Positions 19,665 to 30,849 are shown, counted from the first letter of the stretch. The stretch: 64,000 bases of DNA from Bdellovibrionales bacterium (GCA_964230645.1 CAXRHT010000003.1:739949-803948); one strand, 5' to 3'. Notes: a model not told the origin generated them from the letters alone. Numbers and translations: made by a program.

Positions 19665-20471
19665 ATGTTAAAAATTGTATTGGTTTTTTTAATTGGTTTG
19701 ATTTTTGTATTTCAAAACTGTGCTGATAGTGTGAATTTTGCGGAGGCTCCCTCGGCTAGAGAATATATAAATAGCCAGCTTTCAGACGACAACAGTGACA
19801 TTGTCGAACTTATTAAAAAAATCTGTCAACGTACAAGAACAAAGGTGAAAGTGCCGGTCTTTTTTAAAAAGCCGGATACCTCGTGCCCGTGGGGAGAAAA
19901 TGGCAATCTAGAGCCTAAAACTTTGTGGGGCACGCCCCAGGCCAATGATGATGGTAATCTCAATGATTTTTTCAATGCACGTATCGAGCAAGTTGAGTCT
20001 CTCAACATTTCAAAAGATGCCGTCGTCTGTGATGTGAAGTTTGATTTTAAAGTTCAGCCATTCCTATATGATGACCATATTCTCTTATTAATGAATGATC
20101 ATCTTATCGCTTCAAGTTATGATTTTTCTGAAGATTTTCAACTTGGTAGTAATGGACTACTGAATTATCAATGGCAAGATATCGCGGGCATTCCCTGGGA
20201 TTTAACTAAAGAAGGAATGTTTTGCGCCAAGGTGGATGCAAACGATACTTCTCGTTGTAGCTTCCCGGAAACTGATACCGACGGACAAATAATTTTAGAA
20301 TATAAGCCTGAGCTCATTCAAAGTATCATGGCCGCTGGAGTTCCCGACCAACATAAATTTACCTTTGTCACTCTTGGAGACAACGATGACACTCGTTTTA
20401 ACTCCAGCGACAACAACGATTGCGAACATTCGGATCTTCGCTTCGAAGTTGAAGTTGAATTCGTACAGTAG
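19665..20471 (+). CDS. Hypothetical lipoprotein
   Basis: Signal ending in FQNC (a lipobox variant frequent in Bdellovibrionota); GGGGA RBS. Confidence 0.75.
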   Translation: MLKIVLVFLIGLIFVFQNCADSVNFAEAPSAREYINSQLSDDNSDIVELIKKICQRTRTKVKVPVFFKKPDTSCPWGENGNLEPKTLWGTPQANDDGNLNDFFNARIEQVESLNISKDAVVCDVKFDFKVQPFLYDDHILLLMNDHLIASSYDFSEDFQLGSNGLLNYQWQDIAGIPWDLTKEGMFCAKVDANDTSRCSFPETDTDGQIILEYKPELIQSIMAAGVPDQHKFTFVTLGDNDDTRFNSSDNNDCEHSDLRFEVEVEFVQ

Positions 20472-20482
20472 TTTTTAAGGAA

Positions 20483-22276
20483 TTAGATAAGGATATAGCG
20501 AGTGGCTTTGCCGCGCCCTATTTTTTGTACAAGCTTTTTTTCTGTGAGTTCTTTTAAATCTCTAAGAGCGGTCATTCGAGTCACATCCCATTTCTCTCCA
20601 TAGGAACTCACGCTGATCGGTGTCGGGTCCCCGTCGGAAATATACTGCATCTGCCGGTGGTTTAGGTCGGGAAACGGAATTTTTCGAATGCCTTTATCAA
20701 GCTCCGGTTCAGGTAGGGAGAATTCAGGTAGGATCAGTTCTACTTCAGGAGCCAGGTAGTAATACTGCTCGTCGGTGTAAATCCATTTTCCTTTGTCGCC
20801 AAGGATTTTTCGCAATCGACCCAATGTTGTGTATATTAGAGGATCATGACGAATAATGTCGTACTCATAGCCCCAGATGTCTTCGATAATTGTTTGTTTG
20901 GTTGCCGGACCTGATTTTAAAAGATGCAAGATTTTCAGTTGGAGCTTGGAAAGATGTTTGCCTCGATTTTCGATGCCATCGTGATCGATGGTAAAACAGG
21001 TAGCTTCTGTCTCCGAAGCAACAATGTATTTTTTTCCGGGAGTGAGACCAAAGTAAGGTAGTAAAAGGATTAGAATTTCATTTTTTAAAATGACTTTTAG
21101 GGCCTCAGGGTTTTTAGAGTAAGCTTTGTCAAAAAGGTCACCAAGTTGATCTTCACCCACTTCTCGACTTTGTATATCATTTGAAAAGCGATCTTGGATC
21201 TTTCGATTAATCGTTCTCTCTATTCCGGAAGCTATTTCTCTCGATTTTTTTGCAAGCTCTAGGCTCTCCTGCCCGATGAGGTCAAATATTTTAACATTGA
21301 GTCCAAGCAGAGGGAGGTACAAACTCTTGTCCATTTCCTCATTGAGATAGTTTTGAGCGACATTTATAATTGAAAGTGCCTCAAGGTACTGGCCTTTGTG
21401 AATCATAAGCTGGCTTATTAAAGTGTTTAAGATGGCCACTTTTCTTTTGTTTTGATTTTTATAAACATAGTCGAAGTGTTGATTAAGAAAGTTATTGGCC
21501 TGTGCAAAATCACCCCTCAAGAAGTGGAGCTTCGAAATTTGCAAAACCAGCTCGGAGCAGGAGTAGTCATTTTTATTGTCCGTTCTTTTCAAATAATTTT
21601 TTAGATTGTTAATCTGTTTTTTTATTTTGGTATCAAAATCACTTTCATAAATGAGTTTTGATATTTCTATTTCTGAAAAGAGCTCTTTAAGCCGGTTGGC
21701 CTTGGTAACCTTTAATGCCTCACCTAAAAGTTGCAGGCCTTGATGAACCTGACCCATTTGGATCTTATTGTGTCCTTGTATATCAAGAGAAAGGCCGATG
21801 AGAAGGGGAGGGGGTTCCTCCATCAGCAATAAATGCGAGTAACCTTTTTCAGCAAATTCCTGACTTTTTGAATGCTTTGAAAAGAAAAAATGCAGGAAGC
21901 TCATTCCTTGCCAGGCATAAAACCCTGGAACACCTCTAAGAGAATACTTTTCGACAGTGGAGATGTTTTCAAGGAAGAGTTCTTTTGCTCTTTGGTAATC
22001 AGAGGTTCGTGTGTAGCTAATACCGATGTGGAAGCGAGCCACGACTTGATCGCCCTGCGGGAGTTTGGCTTCAAAGCTATCAAATAAGACCCTGGCCTCC
22101 TGATGTTGGCCTGTGAAAACGAGTCCTCCAATTTTGTAAGCCACTGATTTAATTGAGGTTCTTTCCTCTGAGGCGGCCTTATATTGTCCAGAAAGATATT
22201 TTTTAATAGCCAACAGTTCCCCTAAAGATACGAAACAATACGAAACATTTTTACCAGATGGAGTTCGTGGTCGCAA
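20483..22276 (-). CDS. TPR-sensor transcriptional regulator with an OmpR-type wHTH and a C-terminal HTH (start uncertain)
   Basis: TPR-like N-terminus; KQTIIEDIWGYEY....IYTTLGRLRKIL (Trans_reg_C-like); VTRMTALRDLKEL....KIGRGKATRY. Confidence 0.75.
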   Translation of the reverse strand: MRPRTPSGKNVSYCFVSLGELLAIKKYLSGQYKAASEERTSIKSVAYKIGGLVFTGQHQEARVLFDSFEAKLPQGDQVVARFHIGISYTRTSDYQRAKELFLENISTVEKYSLRGVPGFYAWQGMSFLHFFFSKHSKSQEFAEKGYSHLLLMEEPPPLLIGLSLDIQGHNKIQMGQVHQGLQLLGEALKVTKANRLKELFSEIEISKLIYESDFDTKIKKQINNLKNYLKRTDNKNDYSCSELVLQISKLHFLRGDFAQANNFLNQHFDYVYKNQNKRKVAILNTLISQLMIHKGQYLEALSIINVAQNYLNEEMDKSLYLPLLGLNVKIFDLIGQESLELAKKSREIASGIERTINRKIQDRFSNDIQSREVGEDQLGDLFDKAYSKNPEALKVILKNEILILLLPYFGLTPGKKYIVASETEATCFTIDHDGIENRGKHLSKLQLKILHLLKSGPATKQTIIEDIWGYEYDIIRHDPLIYTTLGRLRKILGDKGKWIYTDEQYYYLAPEVELILPEFSLPEPELDKGIRKIPFPDLNHRQMQYISDGDPTPISVSSYGEKWDVTRMTALRDLKELTEKKLVQKIGRGKATRYILI

Positions 22277-22330
22277 GCTCGTTGTGGGGTTACCTTGATT
22301 TCAACAACTTAACAACAAAAGGAGAAAAAG

Positions 22331-22669
22331 ATGAAAAAGTTAATTTTGGTGGTCGCAATGATGGGGATCTCACAAGCAGGATTTGCAAAGGGTGGAATTG
22401 ATAGCCCCGCCGAGGCGGCTTTTAAAAATAGTCAGGCTGGATTTGTTGCCGAATCCCTAGAGGACTCGCTTGAGCAATTCGTTCGAGTCAATCCTGAATT
22501 AAAAGACAGCGTGCAAGATGCCTCCGTGGTTTCGGAGACTCCTGAAGATTCTGTCGTAACAATCAGCTTAACCGATGGAAATGCCGTGACATTTACCTGT
22601 GCAGCCTTTGACGACTGGTCCAATAGTGGGACTGTTTTGAAAAAAGAAGTTGTTTGTCGTCGTCAGTAA
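22331..22669 (+). CDS. Small secreted protein
   Basis: AAGGAG RBS, signal peptide ending AGFA, two Cys. Confidence 0.8.
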   Translation: MKKLILVVAMMGISQAGFAKGGIDSPAEAAFKNSQAGFVAESLEDSLEQFVRVNPELKDSVQDASVVSETPEDSVVTISLTDGNAVTFTCAAFDDWSNSGTVLKKEVVCRRQ

Positions 22670-22678
22670 AGTCGGTGC

Positions 22679-22714
22679 CCTCAAGTGCAATCTAAGCACT
22701 TGAGGTTTTTTTTT
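22679..22714 (+). terminator. Intrinsic terminator
   Basis: CCTCAAGTGC-aatctaa-GCACTTGAGG followed by T9. Confidence 0.85.
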
Positions 22715-22729
22715 CAATGGGGGAGAAAG

Positions 22730-23497
22730 ATGAAAAAGTTAATCGATTGTTTTTTGATGGGGTTATTGGTTTCCTGTAACTATTCCAATCAACACACTCC
22801 ACCGAATGGAAGTGGCGCTGCAGCTAACAATGGGAGTACAGGTAATCAAGAAATTTGTGAGCCTCTGCCTTCTGGCGAAACGCAAGCTGTACCCACCTTC
22901 AATGAAGTAAGAGATCAAGTCTTTCAAGTCCATTGTTTTCAGTGTCATGGCAATGGGGGAAGTGCTGGTGGTGTTAATTTAGAAACCCACGGAGCCGCAG
23001 CACCTTGGGCGGCCCAAATTAAGTTTGATGTCGTGAACAACATTATGCCTAAAGCCCCCAACCCTCCCGTCCCACAAGCGGGTAAAGATTTGGTCGTTGC
23101 GTGGGTGGATGCGGGTGCCCCTAACAATCTCAGTGGGGTTGATTGCAAGCAGCCAGGTTCGGGTAATGACACCTCCCCAGGTCAACCGGATGGTGGTGAT
23201 ACAGACGGACCCTTTGACCCCTCAAATCCGCTGGAAGAAGTGCCTCCTGATAATGAAATAAACTATGCACTCGTAAGAGAGAAAATTTTTAAGATTTCCT
23301 GTTTCTCTTGTCACTCCAATGCTGGGGGAAATGTGGATGGAATCAATTTAGAAACTTATTTTAACACAGTCGAAGAGATTGAAGATATCGAAGAAGTCAT
23401 TAGAGAGGGCGAAATGCCACCGCCACCGCGTCCGTCTATAGGGACAATACCAAGGCGTGTTCTTCTTCGTTGGATTCAGCTCGGAGCACCAAGATAA
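22730..23497 (+). CDS. Diheme c-type cytochrome lipoprotein (two tandem domains)
   Basis: Lipobox LVSC. CFQCH and CFSCH, each followed by G(V/I)NLET and MP(K/P)...W(V/I)..GAP. Confidence 0.85.
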   Translation: MKKLIDCFLMGLLVSCNYSNQHTPPNGSGAAANNGSTGNQEICEPLPSGETQAVPTFNEVRDQVFQVHCFQCHGNGGSAGGVNLETHGAAAPWAAQIKFDVVNNIMPKAPNPPVPQAGKDLVVAWVDAGAPNNLSGVDCKQPGSGNDTSPGQPDGGDTDGPFDPSNPLEEVPPDNEINYALVREKIFKISCFSCHSNAGGNVDGINLETYFNTVEEIEDIEEVIREGEMPPPPRPSIGTIPRRVLLRWIQLGAPR

Positions 23498-23511
23498 CAA
23501 GGAGAATGTAT

Positions 23512-24078
23512 ATGAAATTACTTATCAGTTTTTGCTTTTTAACTTTAACTTTTTTCGCCCAAGCTAATACTCATCTTAAATTGGGTGAGGGTAAAACCGA
23601 GTTCTTAGCAACGGGTAATCCTGGATTTTTAAAAATTCATGCCAGTGGCAAAGCACCGGAGGGGACGTTTCAGGTCAGTAAGGGTAAGCTCAGTGGAGAA
23701 GCAACGGTGGACCTCAACTCTCTAGATACAGGCATGTCTTTAAGAAATCAGCATATGAAAGAGAAATATCTTGAGACGGAAAAATATCCAAAGGCAACAT
23801 TAACGATCACCAATTTTGAATTACCTTCCGATTGGAAAATTACAGAGCCGGCAATTGAGGGAATAACAATTCCTGCGAAAATCACAATACATGGAAAGGA
23901 GAAGCCTATTCAGGTTGAGTTAACATTAAACTCGGACGCTAAAATGAAGGCTCAGTTTGGGCTAAAGATCTCTGATTTTAAGATTGGAGTGCCTTCTTTT
24001 ATGGGTGTAACGGTTGCTGACAAAGTCGAGGTTAAAATCACGAGTCAAATTCAACCGGTTACTAACAAAGCAATTTGA
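23512..24078 (+). CDS. YceI-family polyisoprenoid-binding periplasmic protein
   Basis: SLDTGMSLRNQHM..KYLETEKYPKA, ITIHGKEK, SDFKI, V.DKVEV. Confidence 0.9.
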   Translation: MKLLISFCFLTLTFFAQANTHLKLGEGKTEFLATGNPGFLKIHASGKAPEGTFQVSKGKLSGEATVDLNSLDTGMSLRNQHMKEKYLETEKYPKATLTITNFELPSDWKITEPAIEGITIPAKITIHGKEKPIQVELTLNSDAKMKAQFGLKISDFKIGVPSFMGVTVADKVEVKITSQIQPVTNKAI

Positions 24079-24088
24079 GGCTAGGACA

Positions 24089-25168
24089 ATGTTTCTGCGT
24101 GCTATACTTCTATTGACTACGACTTTTCCCCTTACCTTGTTGGCCTACCCCCAGATGATTCGACATGGCTACAATAATTGTACCACTTGTCATGTGTCTC
24201 CAAGAGGAGGGGGAATGCCCACTGACTACGGTAGAGCTCTCAGTAAAGAGTTATTAAGTACATGGTCTTACGAGGGAGAGGAACAGTGGGATTATGGCGC
24301 AATTGATGAGAAACCGGATTGGTTTAAGCTCGGGGGTGATTTTCGCACAGTACAGGTACATACTCGTAACCAGCGCGGGACGATGGGACGATATATTATC
24401 ATGCAGGAGCAAGTCGAGGCGGCGTTAAAGCATAAGAATTCTTACCTCAATATTACCGCCGGGTCTGACACCCTCAAAGAGAGTCGCCCCTGGTATATTC
24501 CTCAATTTTATTTTTACACAAACCTAACAGACCACCTCAATATGCGTGTCGGTCGTTTCGTTCCACGTTTTGGAGTGAATACTCCTGAACACATATTTTC
24601 GACTCGAGGTCCTCTTGGGTTTGGTTTTCAAAGCGAAAGAGACACTTTAGAGTTTATGTACATTCAAAATAAATGGGATGTTTCTTTAGCGGTCGTTACA
24701 GGTGAACTAAGGAACAAAACGGAAGCTCAAGGATTTTATACCCAGATCAATTATTCTTTTAGTACCAAGGAGAAAATCGGTATAAGTATAGAGAAACAGA
24801 CAAGAGGAAGTGAGGATCTTTCTTTGTCGATGCACGGTTTAGTAGGTTTTACAGATAAGCTTTATCTTATTACGGATTCAGTCTATCGAAACTCTGAGTC
24901 TGTAAATAACAGAATTCAGGAGGGCTTTTTTCACTTTTCAAAAATTGGATGGGAAATGGAGAAAGGGTTTCATTTTATTTTGATAGAAGACTTAAAGAAG
25001 CAGGATCTACAAGCTGCTGGCACAACGGAATTTCTCTATGGAGGAGGCTTTGTTTTTTTTCCGAGGCCACATTTGGAGATCCAGGGAGTTTTAGCGAAAC
25101 AACGGGTCGCTAGGTTTGAATCAGGCGAGGGGGAATATGCGTGGCTAATGTTGCATTTTTATCTTTAG
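24089..25168 (+). CDS. Outer-membrane beta-barrel with an N-terminal CXXCH haem motif
   Basis: Signal peptide, YPQMIRHGYNNCTTCHVSPRGGG, amphipathic strands, C-terminal MLHFYL. Confidence 0.75.
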   Translation: MFLRAILLLTTTFPLTLLAYPQMIRHGYNNCTTCHVSPRGGGMPTDYGRALSKELLSTWSYEGEEQWDYGAIDEKPDWFKLGGDFRTVQVHTRNQRGTMGRYIIMQEQVEAALKHKNSYLNITAGSDTLKESRPWYIPQFYFYTNLTDHLNMRVGRFVPRFGVNTPEHIFSTRGPLGFGFQSERDTLEFMYIQNKWDVSLAVVTGELRNKTEAQGFYTQINYSFSTKEKIGISIEKQTRGSEDLSLSMHGLVGFTDKLYLITDSVYRNSESVNNRIQEGFFHFSKIGWEMEKGFHFILIEDLKKQDLQAAGTTEFLYGGGFVFFPRPHLEIQGVLAKQRVARFESGEGEYAWLMLHFYL

Positions 25169-25277
25169 AATTCAGCCAATAAAAGTGGTTAGATGGCCGC
25201 TTAATTACTTTTGGGAGACCAAAATTTGCTTACCTAGGTCGCCTAATTATGATAACAGAAGGCTAATAGGGGGACTT

Positions 25278-25784
25278 ATGAAACTAGTCATCGTTTTTAT
25301 CGTTTTTTTGACGGGAGCACTCCAATTGTTTGCGAAAGGAGGGGAACCGGACACTGAAGCTCTTTATATAGTCCCAACTCCCACTGATCTTGTCCCACAC
25401 TCCCGCTTTATTGTACAAATCGTTGAGCCCTTTAGGGGGCCCGAAACTCAAAAGATTTCCTATGTTTTCCCAGAGGCCTTAATTGGTCAGGCGGATCGTA
25501 AAATCGAGTTCTCTCGAATAGCTGGCACAGAAAATAGTTGGGTGAGTGATGAGTTAACCGCCCATTGTACCATTATTGATGAATTCTTTTCCTGTAACAT
25601 CTATGTGAATCAAGACCAAATATTCACTCAGTACCCGTGGCCCTTGCGTTGGATTATGCCGACAGCTCAGGCTGCTTTACGAAAAATCTGCTCGGGAGTC
25701 TTTGCTCCTGGTGTGGTTGGAAGTGTACAAGAACAGTTTTGCTCCAATGAGCCAGCGGGGATTCTGTCCTATGAATTCCAATAG
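25278..25784 (+). CDS. Secreted hypothetical protein
   Basis: ATG 25278 behind GGGGGA; signal peptide. Confidence 0.65.
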   Translation: MKLVIVFIVFLTGALQLFAKGGEPDTEALYIVPTPTDLVPHSRFIVQIVEPFRGPETQKISYVFPEALIGQADRKIEFSRIAGTENSWVSDELTAHCTIIDEFFSCNIYVNQDQIFTQYPWPLRWIMPTAQAALRKICSGVFAPGVVGSVQEQFCSNEPAGILSYEFQ

Positions 25785-26256
25785 TCAGAAAGTGAGCCAT
25801 TCTTTTTATATCCCCTTCATGGGAAATGCTCTTCGCATTCAAGCCAATAAGAAGGGAGTCACCGAAATCTTTTGGTTAAAAAAGCTTCCTGAGAATCGGA
25901 CGAGTTTGAATCCAGATCAAAACAAAATTAAAAAACAGATTAATGAATTTGTAAAAGGTCAATCACCCTTAAAACTCGCTATAGACTGGGAAAACCTTTC
26001 GGGCACGGAGTTTCAAAAAAAGGTGTGGAAAAAGATGTCCCAAATTCCCTATGGGAAAACAAAGTCCTACGGCGAAATTGCGAAGAGTCTTAAAAAACCA
26101 GGAGCAGCAAGAGCTGTCGGCACGGCCTGCGGCAAAAACCCAGTGCTCTTAGCAATACCCTGCCACCGTGTGGTGGGAACCAGTGGTCTTGGCGGTTTCA
26201 GTGGTGGCGGTCTGCCCGTGAAAAAAAAGCTCCTCGCACTTGAGGGTTCAATTTAA
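25771..26256 (+). CDS. ogt: Methylated-DNA-protein-cysteine methyltransferase
   Basis: GTEFQKKVW, IPYGKTKSYGEIA, ARAVGTAC, IPCHRV active site. Confidence 0.95.
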   Translation: MNSNSQKVSHSFYIPFMGNALRIQANKKGVTEIFWLKKLPENRTSLNPDQNKIKKQINEFVKGQSPLKLAIDWENLSGTEFQKKVWKKMSQIPYGKTKSYGEIAKSLKKPGAARAVGTACGKNPVLLAIPCHRVVGTSGLGGFSGGGLPVKKKLLALEGSI

Positions 26257-26265
26257 AAAATAGTG

Positions 26266-26811
26266 CTACTTGAGAGTCGCCGCGGCTTTGTTGGTGACTT
26301 TCTCAAAGACCTCATTCATCGCAATTTGACATTTCTCTTGAGCCTGACTGTTAGCAAAAAAGTTTCTTTTCCCTTCCCCTTTTTCATCAGCCACAATGTC
26401 ACCCTTTTTATTCTTGATTTGGAGTCTATATTTGATCAGGCAACCCATGGTCCAAAAGTCATTCACCGACCGTATTCGAATCTCAGGGTGAAAGAAGTAG
26501 TGGATGTTTTCTTTCTTTTGGTCAGCACCTTGCTCGAGCACCACAACTTTTCTGGCACTTTTTTCCGTCACTTTTTTTAAGGCTCGAACAATCCCATCTG
26601 TGACATTTCGAAATTGGTAAGTGTAAACATCACTTTGGGTGTCATGGTTATCTTGAATAGCTCCTGGTTCAACGACAATGGCGACATTCTTATCAAGCAC
26701 GGGCTTTCCTACTGAGGTGCCCTCGTCAAAATAAGCCAGATCGACCTTATGGGCGCAGCCAAAAAGAGTTGAGGTAAAAATAACGAGCCATGCGACCTTT
26801 ATTGGATTCAT
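26266..26811 (-). CDS. Hypothetical lipoprotein
   Basis: Lipobox LFGC; GGGAG RBS before ATG 26811. Confidence 0.7.
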   Translation of the reverse strand: MNPIKVAWLVIFTSTLFGCAHKVDLAYFDEGTSVGKPVLDKNVAIVVEPGAIQDNHDTQSDVYTYQFRNVTDGIVRALKKVTEKSARKVVVLEQGADQKKENIHYFFHPEIRIRSVNDFWTMGCLIKYRLQIKNKKGDIVADEKGEGKRNFFANSQAQEKCQIAMNEVFEKVTNKAAATLK

Positions 26812-27089
26812 TAAGAGTTCTCCCATTTAGATTAGAGGGGCTTGTAACCACTTTAATTCTTTTTTTCAATGTGGGAGAGGAGCTTTTTCTTATAATCGCA
26901 GTCCATTCCTTTCGGTTTGAGGGTGGGGAATTCCTGCTTTGCATAAAAATAAAGCATTTAGAAGGGGCAAACCTCGTTGAAAAGGGTTCTCGGGGATTGC
27001 ACCGTGGCACAGCAAAAGCCTCATAATATTGACCTAGAGCCCTAACTGAGTGATCTTGTTCCTCTTTATTCTAAACAGGGAAAAGAAAT

Positions 27090-28247
27090 ATGAAAAACTA
27101 CCTTTTTACAAGTGAATCGGTTTCTGAAGGGCATCCGGATAAAATGGCTGATCAAATCAGTGATGGTGTTCTTGATGCAATCTTAAAAGATGATCCTCAA
27201 GGTCGTGTGGCCGCTGAGACCATGATCACAACAGGAATGGCTGTTGTGGCTGGCGAAATCTCAACAAAAACTTACGTAGAAATTCCAGAGATCGTTCGTG
27301 AAGTGATCAAGGACATTGGTTACGACAGCAGTGATAAAGGTTTCGATTATAGAACTTGCGCTGTCCTCACCTCTATTGACCAGCAAAGCCCTGACATCGC
27401 CATGGGTGTTGATGAGGCTGGTGGGAAAGAGCAAGGGGCTGGTGACCAAGGATTGATGTTTGGTTATGCCATCAATGAAACTCCAGAGCTTATGCCGTTA
27501 ACAACCTCGCTTTCCCATAAGCTTGTGAAAACTTTAGCTGACAAAAGAAAAAACAACACAGTCGATTGGCTTCGTCCAGACAGTAAAAGCCAAGTGACTT
27601 TCGAGTACGTCGACGGAAAACCAAAACGTGTGGATGCTGTGGTTATTTCCACTCAACATGGTCCCGACGTTTCTCAAGACAAAATCAAAGAATTTGTCAT
27701 CGATGGTGTTATTCGTGAAGTGATCGACTCACAATGGATGGATGAAAAAACTAAATTTTTCGTAAACCCAACAGGTAAATTTGTTATCGGTGGTCCCCAA
27801 GGGGATTGTGGTCTTACAGGAAGAAAAATCATCGTCGATACTTATGGTGGTCACGGCGCTCATGGTGGAGGGGCTTTCTCAGGAAAAGATCCTTCTAAGG
27901 TGGATCGCTCGGCAGCCTATGCTGGTCGTCACATTGCTAAAAACATTGTAGCGGCAGGTCTTGCTGATAAATGTCTCGTTCAGCTCGCCTACGCGATCGG
28001 TGTTTCAGAGCCTGTCAGTGTTATGGTCGATGCTTATGGAACAGGGAAAGTCGAAGACGACGAGTTGGCAAAAGCCGTGCGCGAGCTTTGGGGATTAAAA
28101 CCTTCAGAGATCGTGAAGAACCTGGATCTACTCAAGCCTCGTTACCGTCCGACAGCGGCCTATGGTCACTTTGGGCGTGAGGGTGATAGCTTTACTTGGG
28201 AAAAAACCGATAAAGTGGACGCTCTTAAATCCTTTTTTAAATTGTAA
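27090..28247 (+). CDS. metK: S-adenosylmethionine synthetase
   Basis: [35 protein letters not shown]. Confidence 0.99.
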   Translation: MKNYLFTSESVSEGHPDKMADQISDGVLDAILKDDPQGRVAAETMITTGMAVVAGEISTKTYVEIPEIVREVIKDIGYDSSDKGFDYRTCAVLTSIDQQSPDIAMGVDEAGGKEQGAGDQGLMFGYAINETPELMPLTTSLSHKLVKTLADKRKNNTVDWLRPDSKSQVTFEYVDGKPKRVDAVVISTQHGPDVSQDKIKEFVIDGVIREVIDSQWMDEKTKFFVNPTGKFVIGGPQGDCGLTGRKIIVDTYGGHGAHGGGAFSGKDPSKVDRSAAYAGRHIAKNIVAAGLADKCLVQLAYAIGVSEPVSVMVDAYGTGKVEDDELAKAVRELWGLKPSEIVKNLDLLKPRYRPTAAYGHFGREGDSFTWEKTDKVDALKSFFKL

Positions 28248-28298
28248 AACTTGAGTGACCTTCCTTTTTATGGGGAGGTCATGTTAGCCTCTGGTGTT

Positions 28299-30098
28299 AT
28301 GGACCCAAACCGAATACGGAACTTCTCAATTATAGCTCATATTGATCACGGTAAGTCCACCCTCGCCGATGGCCTGATACATAGTACAGGTGGGCTTTCT
28401 GATCGTGAGATGAAGCAACAGGTTCTCGACTCAATGGATATAGAGCGAGAACGGGGAATCACCATCAAGGCCCAAACCGTGCGTCTTATGTATAAGGCCT
28501 CTGATGGGGAGACCTATCAGCTTAACCTCATTGATACTCCCGGACATGTGGATTTCAGTTACGAGGTTTCAAGATCTCTTAAAGCCTGTGAAGGAGCTTT
28601 ATTAGTGGTTGATGCTGCTCAAGGTGTCGAGGCACAAACATTAGCTAATGTTTATTTGGCTTTAGAGCACGACCTCGAAATCCTCCCTGTTCTTAATAAA
28701 ATTGATTTGCCAGCCGCTGATGTTGAGGGGGTAAAGCAGCAGATCGAGGACGGAATTGGAATCGATTGCAGTGAAGCTATTTTGGCGTCTGCTAAAGAAA
28801 AAAAGGGAATCACTGAAATCCTCGAGCAAGTTGTACAAAAAGTGCCCCCTCCTAAAGTGGATGCCGGTCAACCTTTGCGGGCTCTCGTTTTTGATTCTTG
28901 GTTTGATAGCTATCAGGGAGTCGTTGTCCTGTGCCGAGTGATGGATGGTCATGTCAAAAAAGGCGATAAGATCAAATTTATGTCAACAGATGCAGAGTTC
29001 GAAGTTTTGAAACTCGGCTTTTTCACACCCCAGCCCGTAGCCGTTAAAGAGCTCCATGCCGGGGAGGTGGGATTTTTTATCTGTGGAATCAAAAGTATCC
29101 GTGATGTGCGAGTGGGTGATACGATCACCTACGCCAAAAAAGGAGCAGAAACTCCTTTGGCGGGCTTCCAAAAGATTAAACCTATGGTTTTTGCAGGAAT
29201 CTTTCCCGTTGAGTCACCGGATTTTAAAGAATTGGAAGTGGCCCTAGAAAAACTAGCTCTTAATGACTCCAGTCTAAGTTACGAGGTGGAAACATCGGCA
29301 GCACTAGGCTTTGGATTTCGTTGTGGTTTCCTAGGCCTTCTCCATATGGAAATTGTGCAAGAACGTTTAGAGCGTGAGTTCGGTCTCAATCTGATTACAA
29401 CAGCCCCAACCGTGGTTTATAAAATTTTCGATACCCAAGGAAATGTACAAGAACTAGAGAATCCTTCCGCTCTCCCTGATCCAGCAAAAATCGATCATAT
29501 TGAAGAGCCTGTGGTTAAAGTCACTCTGCACACGCCCTCTGAGTACATTGGATCTATCCTTAAGCTTTGTGAAGCTAAAAGAGGGATTCAGGAGAAAATG
29601 GATTATATTTCTGACAATAAAGTGGTCATCGTCTACACCCTTCCCATGAGCGAGATGGTGATCGACTTCTACGATCGTTTAAAAACGGTCTCCAGAGGCT
29701 ATGCCTCTATGGAATACGAAGTGGTGGGGTATCAAACAGCGGACTTGGTGAAGCTTGATATTTTAATCAACGGAGATTCGGTAGATGCTCTCTCCTTGAT
29801 TACCCACAGAGCACAAGCAGACTTTAAGGGGCGCGCTCTTTGCAAAAAAATGAAAGAATTAATACCCAAACAGCAGTTTCAAATTGCCATTCAGGCGGCG
29901 GTCGGGTCTAAAATCCTAGCCCGCGAAAATATCAGTGCCCTTCGCAAAGATGTTACGGCAAAATGTTATGGTGGGGATATCACTCGAAAAAGAAAGCTTT
30001 TAGAAAAGCAGAAAGCCGGGAAAAAGCGTATGAAACAAATCGGGACAGTCGAAGTTCCACAGGAAGCTTTTCTCGCAGTGTTGAAAGTGGAGGATTAA
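28299..30098 (+). CDS. lepA: Translation elongation factor 4
   Basis: [45 protein letters not shown]. Start set at MDPNRIRN. Confidence 0.98.
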   Translation: MDPNRIRNFSIIAHIDHGKSTLADGLIHSTGGLSDREMKQQVLDSMDIERERGITIKAQTVRLMYKASDGETYQLNLIDTPGHVDFSYEVSRSLKACEGALLVVDAAQGVEAQTLANVYLALEHDLEILPVLNKIDLPAADVEGVKQQIEDGIGIDCSEAILASAKEKKGITEILEQVVQKVPPPKVDAGQPLRALVFDSWFDSYQGVVVLCRVMDGHVKKGDKIKFMSTDAEFEVLKLGFFTPQPVAVKELHAGEVGFFICGIKSIRDVRVGDTITYAKKGAETPLAGFQKIKPMVFAGIFPVESPDFKELEVALEKLALNDSSLSYEVETSAALGFGFRCGFLGLLHMEIVQERLEREFGLNLITTAPTVVYKIFDTQGNVQELENPSALPDPAKIDHIEEPVVKVTLHTPSEYIGSILKLCEAKRGIQEKMDYISDNKVVIVYTLPMSEMVIDFYDRLKTVSRGYASMEYEVVGYQTADLVKLDILINGDSVDALSLITHRAQADFKGRALCKKMKELIPKQQFQIAIQAAVGSKILARENISALRKDVTAKCYGGDITRKRKLLEKQKAGKKRMKQIGTVEVPQEAFLAVLKVED

Positions 30099-30099
30099 T

Positions 30100-30849
30100 A
30101 TGAACCTTTTTTCTAAGCATTTTTGGACTCATGGTCTTGGTTCTTACGCCTTGGCGATCGGTATCGCTCTAACAATTCGTTGGGCTTTTATGGAAGCTTA
30201 CGTGATTCCATCGCAAAGTATGCTGCCTTCTCTTTTGATCAACGATCATATTTTTGTAAATAAACTTGTGTATGGAATCCGAGTCCCCTTCAGTGAAAAG
30301 TGGCTTGTGGAGTTTGGAAAACCTAAAAAGGGCGAAGTGATTGTCTTCAAATTTCCTCGCGACAAGAGCACCTTTTTTATCAAGCGAGTGGTGGGAGTTC
30401 CGGGCGACAAGATCTTTTATGAAAATGGGGATCTTTATATAAACGACAAACTTATGGAAAAGCGGCCAGCGACGGAAGAAGGGAATTTCTCTTACCTTCG
30501 CGACGTGGATTTTCAAGCTAAAGGCAAAAGGCCTTACGCCACGATTTCTGATTTTGAACATTACAAAGAGGAAATCAATGGCGTGGTTCATGATGTCTTA
30601 TTAGCCAAAGGTGAGTACAAAGGAAAAACTTACGGACCTGTTTACGTTCCCGAAGGTCAGCTCTTCGTAATGGGTGACAACAGAAACCGTTCTTCGGATT
30701 CCAGAGAGTGGAATTTTGTACCATATGAAAACATTCTCGGGCGTGCCATGTTTGTATGGCTCTCTTGCGAGGAGACTCTTCCCGTGGTGACTTTCCTCTG
30801 CAACCCCCTCACGGTGCGTGGAACTCGTTTCTTTTATCAGGTGAAATAA
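30100..30849 (+). CDS. lepB: Signal peptidase I (paralogue 1)
   Basis: IPSQSM (catalytic Ser), FIKRVVG (catalytic Lys), MGDNRNRSSDSR. Confidence 0.95.
   Translation: MNLFSKHFWTHGLGSYALAIGIALTIRWAFMEAYVIPSQSMLPSLLINDHIFVNKLVYGIRVPFSEKWLVEFGKPKKGEVIVFKFPRDKSTFFIKRVVGVPGDKIFYENGDLYINDKLMEKRPATEEGNFSYLRDVDFQAKGKRPYATISDFEHYKEEINGVVHDVLLAKGEYKGKTYGPVYVPEGQLFVMGDNRNRSSDSREWNFVPYENILGRAMFVWLSCEETLPVVTFLCNPLTVRGTRFFYQVK

Noticed and set aside
22254..22300. Fluoride riboswitch-like GATGGAGTTCG
   Set aside because: Lacks the closing stem and the downstream AACCGC/GATGAC elements; no crcB-type gene follows.
26830..27089. SAM riboswitch upstream of metK
   Set aside because: No SAM-I core (ATCxxGAG...GCAACC...GTGC) or SAM-II/III pattern recognised.
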